This document shows positions 57,858 through 64,000 of a DNA stretch of 64,000 nt, piece after piece. A program made the position numbers and the translations under genes. Each line of letters begins with the position of its first letter. Position 1 is the stretch's first letter. The stretch spans positions 158,313-222,312 of the forward strand of contig LDXK01000001.1 in assembly GCA_001443395.1 (NCBI GenBank), read 5' to 3'. The DNA is from a candidate division WWE3 bacterium CSP1-7 (GTDB lineage Bacteria > Patescibacteriota > WWE3 > 9FT-COMBO-53-11). The notes below the pieces were generated by a model. The model worked only from the letters and a program-made list of their open reading frames with translations. It searched no databases and was not told where the DNA came from.

Positions 57858-58121
57858 TTATTTCGGTGAACCCAGAAGGAAGTGGTTGAGCCAACCCCCA
57901 AGCCGAAAAAGTCCTTTGACGATCCAGACCCCCGTGTTCCACAAACCCCACAGAGCCATCAGGGCGAAAAGGATCAAAAGATACAGGGGCCAAAATATCC
58001 CGCCCAGGAGATCATCGCCAGATGCTCCCTTCCACTGTCCTTTCGTGAAAAAACCAAGCGCGATCGGGATTCCCACAACCCAGAGTACAATGGCAAGACC
58101 GACGATCATCGGTGCAGACAC
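57858..58121 (-). CDS. Hypothetical membrane protein
   Basis: GAGGAGG RBS, hydrophobic. Confidence 0.6.
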   Translation of the reverse strand: MSAPMIVGLAIVLWVVGIPIALGFFTKGQWKGASGDDLLGGIFWPLYLLILFALMALWGLWNTGVWIVKGLFRLGGWLNHFLLGSPK

Positions 58122-58122
58122 G

Positions 58123-58479
58123 TTACCCTCCTCTCGTCAACCGAACGAGATGAACCCTCGGATTGGCCGGATTGCCCTCCAACCGAAAGTCGAAACGCAG
58201 ATCGTTGAGGTTGGGCTCATTAGCTTTCAGGAACACGCTTCCCCCTTTGGGCCAGATGTCGCCGGCGTGCACCAGCACCCTCAGATACCGGACATCGTCG
58301 AAGGACGTAAAAGTCACGTCCATCTCTGTGTAATCAAGGTTCGCAGTGGCCGTCCGGACCGAGGCGATCAGGGGAATCCCTCCGTCTTCCTCGCAGAAAA
58401 GCTGGCGCAAGCATTCCGTCGCGACCAGAAGAGCGTAGGACTCCGATCGGTCCAGTTCCAGCTTAATCTTGGGCACCAC
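58123..58479 (-). CDS. Hypothetical protein
   Basis: AGGAG RBS, 118 aa. Confidence 0.55.
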   Translation of the reverse strand: MVPKIKLELDRSESYALLVATECLRQLFCEEDGGIPLIASVRTATANLDYTEMDVTFTSFDDVRYLRVLVHAGDIWPKGGSVFLKANEPNLNDLRFDFRLEGNPANPRVHLVRLTRGG

Positions 58480-58540
58480 TCACTCCTCTCTTTCCTTGGG
58501 TTAGCTACAAGTTAACACGGGAGGTCCGAGGGAGCAAATC

Positions 58541-59023
58541 TTATTCAGTAACGGTAAAGGTGGCGGAATCGCTCTCGCCGGCGGAGTTCTGGACGCGGAC
58601 TTCGTAATCTCCTGCCCCGACCTTGGGATAAACCAACGGACAGGGGATGCCCCTCTCTTCGGCCTTGGGAGCGCAGAGGGTCAAACCTTCGGGAATCGTA
58701 AATTTAAGAGTCTTCCCATCCTTGGATTTAAGGTCGGAAATAAAGCCGGGCATGCCGTTTTGAGGAATAAACAAAACGGCGTTTTCGGTCTTGGTAAAGC
58801 CGGAGCCCGTAACCGTCACCTCAGTCCCCACTGTCCCGTTCGGGGGAGAAAGGGTTTCAATTTGGGAAACAGCGGCGACAGAATTTTGCCGTTTCCAAAG
58901 GCCCCAGGCACCAACCAACCCCAAAATCGCTGCAATTGCTAAAAGCAACGGAACTCGCGCAAAAGGAATTCGAAGAGACCGGCGAGGGGAAAAGTTGCGG
59001 CGGATGTGCAAAATCTTGGCCAT
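58541..59023 (-). CDS. Membrane-anchored IPT/TIG-like protein
   Basis: I..LSP..G.VGT.VTV.GSGF. Confidence 0.7.
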   Translation of the reverse strand: MAKILHIRRNFSPRRSLRIPFARVPLLLAIAAILGLVGAWGLWKRQNSVAAVSQIETLSPPNGTVGTEVTVTGSGFTKTENAVLFIPQNGMPGFISDLKSKDGKTLKFTIPEGLTLCAPKAEERGIPCPLVYPKVGAGDYEVRVQNSAGESDSATFTVTE

Positions 59024-59025
59024 TC

Positions 59026-59949
59026 TTACGGCAGTTTAGCATCATACTTCGGGTTGCGGTGGAGCTGGGCATAGAGTTTTACCCGGTAGGCGGACAAAAT
59101 ATCTTTGGATAGATCAACCGGGTGAAAAAGAATTCGGTTCCGCTCGACAACTTCCCGAGTGCGGCGGCCGCGCATATAGAGAAGCTGAAGCTGGTGGGAA
59201 AACCAATCGGCAAGATCAAAGACGAACGAAAACACTCCCCGAACGATAACAACGAGACGGCGGGACGACCGGGGGGCGGGAATTTTTACCTCCGGCATTT
59301 CCACGTTAGGGAGGAAATTTTTTACCCAAGGATTAACCCCCAAAAAGCGCTGGTGGAGAAAATCCTTCGCCCAAAGAGGATGGGCCAGAGTCACTTCATA
59401 AGCGGTAAAAAGATTCTGCTCTTCATCCGGGACAGCCAACTCGTCCTCCGCCAGAAACATATTCAAGCAAACCCGGTCGGGTGCCTCCTCCACTCCTCGC
59501 GGCCGCTTCCACCCCAGCACCGAAAAAAGCAGATAAACCCCCAGCCGAGTTAACCAAACCCGGTTGCGGCGGGTCACAACCAGAAAATCCAGATCGGCCT
59601 CCTTTTCGGCGTTACCGGCAGCGAGAGCGCCGGTGATAAAAACCGCCTGCACCCAGGGAAAACGGCGCAGGATCTGAGACAGCTTCAGCGCCCGAGCGTA
59701 TTTGCGCTCGCTGATTAACTCACGTTGCCGGCGAACGGCGGCGATCTTCTCCCGACCCGGCAGAAAGTAAAATCCCTGGGCCTGCCCGATCTTCCCCTCG
59801 GCGGTTAATTGGGCCAAAACCCGTTCCACTTGAGAGGGATGGGCGTCATCCTCGACCAAAAAATCGGCCACTTCCTCACTCGAAAGCGGATAGTCAAAGA
59901 GATCTCGGTAGCAGAGGGTTTTGATGATGGATTCTTCCAAACTATTCAT
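59026..59949 (-). CDS. Nucleotidyltransferase-fold protein
   Basis: TGALA......ADLDF motif after HTH-like N-terminus. Confidence 0.7.
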   Translation of the reverse strand: MNSLEESIIKTLCYRDLFDYPLSSEEVADFLVEDDAHPSQVERVLAQLTAEGKIGQAQGFYFLPGREKIAAVRRQRELISERKYARALKLSQILRRFPWVQAVFITGALAAGNAEKEADLDFLVVTRRNRVWLTRLGVYLLFSVLGWKRPRGVEEAPDRVCLNMFLAEDELAVPDEEQNLFTAYEVTLAHPLWAKDFLHQRFLGVNPWVKNFLPNVEMPEVKIPAPRSSRRLVVIVRGVFSFVFDLADWFSHQLQLLYMRGRRTREVVERNRILFHPVDLSKDILSAYRVKLYAQLHRNPKYDAKLP

Positions 59950-60347
59950 CTTTTATCCAGCGCCTCATTGGCCAGGGCATCCGCTTGGGCATTCTTCTCT
60001 CGCGGGATCAACTTGTAGAAAACTTTGGGAAAAGCGCGCTCTTTGACTTTGACCTCCGTGAGAAGCTCCCGAAGATGAGGGGCTTTGATCTTGTAGACTC
60101 CCCGCAGCTGGGAAATCACGAGCTCGGAGTCCATCAGGATCACTAGCTCACCGCCCCGCACTGGATCTTGAGCCTTATTCAAGCCAAAAAGAAGCGCCCG
60201 GTATTCGGCTTCGTTGTTGGTCATTCGCCCTAGAAACTGAGATCCCTCCATAATGACCTGGCCTTTTTCATCTTTAAGAATTACTCCTGCCGCCGCCGGT
60301 CCGGGGTTGCCGCGGGAGGCGCCGTCGGTGAAAAGAAAGAAACGCAT
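59946..60347 (-). CDS. rnhA: Ribonuclease HI
   Basis: TDGASRGNPG, TNNEAEY, DSELV, N..AD.LAN. Confidence 0.93.
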   Translation of the reverse strand: MRFFLFTDGASRGNPGPAAAGVILKDEKGQVIMEGSQFLGRMTNNEAEYRALLFGLNKAQDPVRGGELVILMDSELVISQLRGVYKIKAPHLRELLTEVKVKERAFPKVFYKLIPREKNAQADALANEALDKR

Positions 60348-60360
60348 GGTAAGACGATTA

Positions 60361-60526
60361 TAAGACCTTTCGCCTGCGGCTCAAGAATCATCTCCCGCCG
60401 ACAGCGTGATAAGACCTCAGCATACGGCTCAAGGATCTTCTTTGTTAAACCGATAGAATTCCTATCGGTGTTAAAAATATAACCTTTCGCTTTGCTCAAG
60501 AGTCGTCTCCCACTCTTCCGGTGTGA
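60361..60526 (-). mobile_element. Three tandem family-D core+stem-loop elements
   Basis: TAAGACCTTTCGC..GCTCAAG(A/G)ATC(A/T)TC-like core x3, each followed by a different stem-loop. Confidence 0.7.
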
Positions 60527-60558
60527 TATCGGTTAAAATGGGCTTAAGGAGAATACCG

Positions 60559-63078
60559 ATGCACATCTTGTTGGCTTACGGGGAAGTAAATTTTATGAAG
60601 AAACTCAAGGCGGCCTTGACGCAGAAAGGCCACCAAGCGGCCATTCTCCCCGAAGGTGATCCTCCCAAAGCCCGCTACGATCTCATCTTTCAGCTCGCCC
60701 ATGATCCCGCCCAAACCGCCGAAGGGACCCGGCTTCTGCTGAACAAGGTTCGAAAGGACCAAAGCCGATTGTTCCTGGTTGGCTGGAGAACCGACGACCA
60801 CCTCTACGATGAGGCTTTCCGTTTCGCCCGCACATTCGTCGAAGAGGCCGAAAAGCAGGGAGGGATTGACGCGGTAACCTTCAATCTGGGGCGTCTTTTC
60901 GGACCGGGAGTTCCTCCCTCAGATTCGGGAGCCCTCGGCCATCTGATCAGCGAATTCTCCGAAGGAAACATTCTCACCCTCTACGGCGAGGGGAAGGACA
61001 GCGACCACTATCTCTACCTGGATGATGCGGTCGAAAGTTTGGCGATGGCGCTGGGACAAGCCAAGAGCGGCGAGGTCTATGCTCTCGCCCCTTCAATTCC
61101 GATCACCTCCGAGGCGGCCGCCCACTTGCTCTATGACCTGGGCGGCGGACGCCACGAGATCATTTTTCACCGCGGCCTGGCGGCAGTGGAGGAAAAAAAG
61201 GAAGTGGCCGGCAAACCCCTGCCGGAATTCAAGATCAACACTCCCTTCCACGACGGGATTGTCGCGATTCTCAAAACCACTCCGGCCGTTCCCCGTGCGA
61301 TGGGTTGGAAGCTACCGAACCTTCGTGCTCCCCTTTTCAAAATTAGAAAACTAAAAATCGCTCTCCCCCGGGTTTCGGGCCGAGTTGGTATTGCCCTGGC
61401 CGGAATTCTGATCGTTCTTTCCCCGGTCCTTTATCTCGGCGGAAATGCTTCCTTGGGAGTGCTTCAACTCCAACGCGCCAAAACGCTCTTGGAACAAGGC
61501 GATTTTGCGGCGGCCGCCACCGCCGCTTCCTCGGCAGCCGGTAGTCTGGAAAGATTCGGGAAAATCATTCCGCCCGCACGGCCTCTGGCCGAAGCCGTCA
61601 CCGCCGTGGCAGAGATCGCCGCTCAATCCGAAACTCTCATCACCGCCCTGGATAATCTCGTCAAAAGTAGGCGTGGAGAAGCGATCATACCGCAGAGCGA
61701 AGAAGACTTCCGCAATCTGGAAGCGGCTTTTTCTTCCGCCCAGGATCGCCTTACCCTCGCCTGGTTGGAAAACCAACAGGAGGATTCTCGGCTCTGGCAA
61801 CCGCTCCGCTCCGCACTGGAACCAATCTTCGAGGAAGGGCTGAAGGCCGTGCGTTTCGGCGAAGGCCTCGCCCAGGGTTTGCCAGAACTGTTGGGTTACA
61901 AGGGAAAAAGAAATTACCTGCTGTTGTTCCAAAACTCGGCTGAGCTCTGGCCGGGGGGAGGATTCGTCGGTGCCCTCGCCAACCTAACGTTGGAGAACGG
62001 CGAAATTAAGGAGCTGAAGTTTTACGATATCTACGACTTCAGCCAATACTGGACCAAGAGTGGGACCTGGGCGCGAAACGTCAGCATCGACCCTGACTTC
62101 TCCGTAAATGCTCGAAACATTGCCGAGGTCTTCCCTCGAGCTACCGGACTAAGAGTGGATGGGGTGGTGGGGATTGATCTGCACGTTGCTCAACAACTCC
62201 TCGCCATCACCGGACCGATCACCTTGGCCGATTTTGACAACCAGGAGGTTACCGAGGAAACCTTCTTTGAGGTTACCACCCGCGAGGTCGAGAAGGATTT
62301 CTTCCCCGGCTCCTCCAAGAAGAAGCGCTTCCTCCAAGCACTTGGTGAGGGAATCATTGTCAAGCTCTTTGAGGTCCGGCAAGACTCTTATCTCTCAATC
62401 GCTTGGTTGCTCTGGGAACAGCTTCAACGGAAGGGTCTTCTGCTCTACTTTACCGATCTGCTCTTTTACCAAACGGTAGTGGAGAACAATTTCGCCGGCC
62501 AGATCAAGGAGACCCCTGGCGACTATCTGGTGGCCCTCGACCACAACGCCGGAACCAAGGGGACGGTCTGGATTCAGCGCAACCTGGATTACAAAGTCTT
62601 CAGTGCAAATCGATACGGTACCATGAGAGGTGAGCTGAGAGTAACTTGGAACAATCGCGGGATGGAATCCTGGCCGGCTGGTGAGTATAACAACCTTTTC
62701 TGGACCCTCACCCCCAAGGGATCTCGGTTAATCTCGGGAGAATGGGACGGACAAAACGTTACCAAAAATATAGGGGTTAGGGAACGAGACGGTAAGACCA
62801 GCCTTGAATACCGAGTCTTCATCCCCCCGGGAGAGTCAAAAACCTTGACGCTGATTTATTATCTCCCCTCCTATCTAAACCTCAAAAAACCGTCCACCTA
62901 TCGTCTGATCGTCCAAAAGCAACCCGGGACGGTTGGGGATACCATCCACTTCGAATTCGAGGAACCGTTCGGGTACACGGCCGCCAGCAACGACTTGCAA
63001 AGAGTAGATAATAGGCTTATTTTTGAGGGGGACTTAACCCAAGATTTGGAGTTTGAGATCGATCTCAAGGAGAGATGA
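60559..63078 (+). CDS. Epimerase/SDR-like N-terminal domain + TM + DUF4012-like domain
   Basis: LFGPG..L.LYGEG....YLYLDD; YLLLFQNSAEL.PGGGF.G; QKQPG. Confidence 0.75.
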   Translation: MHILLAYGEVNFMKKLKAALTQKGHQAAILPEGDPPKARYDLIFQLAHDPAQTAEGTRLLLNKVRKDQSRLFLVGWRTDDHLYDEAFRFARTFVEEAEKQGGIDAVTFNLGRLFGPGVPPSDSGALGHLISEFSEGNILTLYGEGKDSDHYLYLDDAVESLAMALGQAKSGEVYALAPSIPITSEAAAHLLYDLGGGRHEIIFHRGLAAVEEKKEVAGKPLPEFKINTPFHDGIVAILKTTPAVPRAMGWKLPNLRAPLFKIRKLKIALPRVSGRVGIALAGILIVLSPVLYLGGNASLGVLQLQRAKTLLEQGDFAAAATAASSAAGSLERFGKIIPPARPLAEAVTAVAEIAAQSETLITALDNLVKSRRGEAIIPQSEEDFRNLEAAFSSAQDRLTLAWLENQQEDSRLWQPLRSALEPIFEEGLKAVRFGEGLAQGLPELLGYKGKRNYLLLFQNSAELWPGGGFVGALANLTLENGEIKELKFYDIYDFSQYWTKSGTWARNVSIDPDFSVNARNIAEVFPRATGLRVDGVVGIDLHVAQQLLAITGPITLADFDNQEVTEETFFEVTTREVEKDFFPGSSKKKRFLQALGEGIIVKLFEVRQDSYLSIAWLLWEQLQRKGLLLYFTDLLFYQTVVENNFAGQIKETPGDYLVALDHNAGTKGTVWIQRNLDYKVFSANRYGTMRGELRVTWNNRGMESWPAGEYNNLFWTLTPKGSRLISGEWDGQNVTKNIGVRERDGKTSLEYRVFIPPGESKTLTLIYYLPSYLNLKKPSTYRLIVQKQPGTVGDTIHFEFEEPFGYTAASNDLQRVDNRLIFEGDLTQDLEFEIDLKER

Positions 63079-63836
63079 TGCCCAACTACGCTAAAGCTAC
63101 GATGGGCACCCTTCGTAGTCACGCCACAGGCGGACGAAGTGGGGTGAAACCAGGCGCAATCTTGCTGATGGGTCTGCCAGGCGCCGGGAAGGGAACCCAA
63201 GCCTTCCGGCTCGCCGCCCAGTTTCCCAACTTTGTGCACTTCGATACCGGCGGGGAGATCTATCGCCGGGTCTCGGATCCCCACTTTGCCGCCGATCCGT
63301 TGGTCCAAGAGCAGAAGGAGATCTATTTTGGCGGAAAACTCAACACGCCCGAGTGGGTCGCCGGGTTAGTGGCGGAACGGATTCACTTCTATTCCGATAA
63401 GAATCAAGGTGTGATCTTCTCCGGCTCGCCCCGCACTCTCTATGAGGCAGAGGCAATTCTGCCAATTTTGGAAGAATGCTACGGCCGAGAGAGAATTCTG
63501 GTGATTGAAATGAAAGTCTCACCGGAGACGGCGCGGGAGCGGAGCCTCAACCGCATCACCTGTACCAAAAAGGGCTGCCGTTATCCCGCTCATCGCAGCC
63601 AGGGAGGAAAGCCCTGCCCAAACTGCGGGCAGCTTCTCCCCGAATCGGGAACGCAGGCCGACGAGCAATGGAAGATCGCCCAGATGGGTACTCGGCTGAA
63701 GGAATACGAGGAGCGAACCCAACCGTCCCTGAAATTCCTGAAGTTCGAATTGGCTCACGTCCATGTGAATGCCGAGATAGATGAGGAGAGCGTTTTCGCT
63801 AAGGTTCTCGAAGCCGTGAAGAGGAATCTGGAATAA
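63075..63836 (+). CDS. adk: Adenylate kinase family protein with Cys4 lid
   Basis: GLPGAGKGTQA, GSPRT, CTKKGC..CPNC. Confidence 0.8.
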   Translation: MMPNYAKATMGTLRSHATGGRSGVKPGAILLMGLPGAGKGTQAFRLAAQFPNFVHFDTGGEIYRRVSDPHFAADPLVQEQKEIYFGGKLNTPEWVAGLVAERIHFYSDKNQGVIFSGSPRTLYEAEAILPILEECYGRERILVIEMKVSPETARERSLNRITCTKKGCRYPAHRSQGGKPCPNCGQLLPESGTQADEQWKIAQMGTRLKEYEERTQPSLKFLKFELAHVHVNAEIDEESVFAKVLEAVKRNLE

Positions 63837-63864
63837 GCTCCGACCCCCAATCGGAGCTTTTTTT
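63835..63864 (+). terminator. Intrinsic terminator
   Basis: AAGCTCCGA-CCCCCAA-TCGGAGCTT then T-run. Confidence 0.8.
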
Positions 63865-63896
63865 ATTAAACTGACCGTGTTAATCTTCTAGGAGCA

Positions 63897-64000
63897 ATGG
63901 AATTGAAGGCCGAGAAAAGAAAAATTTTGGGGAAAAAAGTGCGCTCGCTTCGCCGCGGCGGAGTCCTGCCGGCAATTCTCTTCGGCGGAGATGAGGGCTC
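63897..64000 (+). CDS. rplY: 50S ribosomal protein L25, 5' part
   Basis: MELKAEKRKILGKKVRSLRRGGVLPAILFG. Confidence 0.85.
   Translation, partial: MELKAEKRKILGKKVRSLRRGGVLPAILFGGDEG

Noticed and set aside
57745-58515. Long plus-strand ORF (256 aa) and other antisense ORFs such as 9858-10880 and 20451-21413
   Set aside because: Shadow frames of well-supported genes in GC-rich DNA

Overview
GC-rich bacterial chromosome segment, most consistent with a Patescibacteria/CPR organism (WWE3/Microgenomates-like gene content; this is inference). It is mostly housekeeping (hrcA, lepA, murJ, rpsT, pgk, gap, trxA, uvrD, rsmA, metG, rarA, groES/EL, rnhA, adk, rplY, tRNA-Cys) plus envelope and accessory genes. 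No transposase, integrase or CRISPR array was seen. Two candidate undescribed systems stand out. (1) Families of tiny (about 36-110 bp) double-hairpin insertion elements sit at gene termini and promoters. Each carries a copy of the target it interrupts and, next to a conserved core, the reverse complement of that copy. In hrcA and gap the gene's 3' end is present twice, with differences concentrated at third codon positions; in csoR and a pilN-like gene the start codon is rebuilt. (2) A locus combines two unannotated tatA genes, a dockerin-tipped secreted protein, two membrane-anchored cohesin proteins and a polytopic membrane protein with an internal twin-arginine signal. Also notable: an AOR-family oxidoreductase plus ferredoxin beside pgk/gap, a CsoR-headed Cys-rich operon, tandem half-size PnuC-like genes and an atypical second tRNA-Cys. 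All calls come from reading the sequence; no searches were run.
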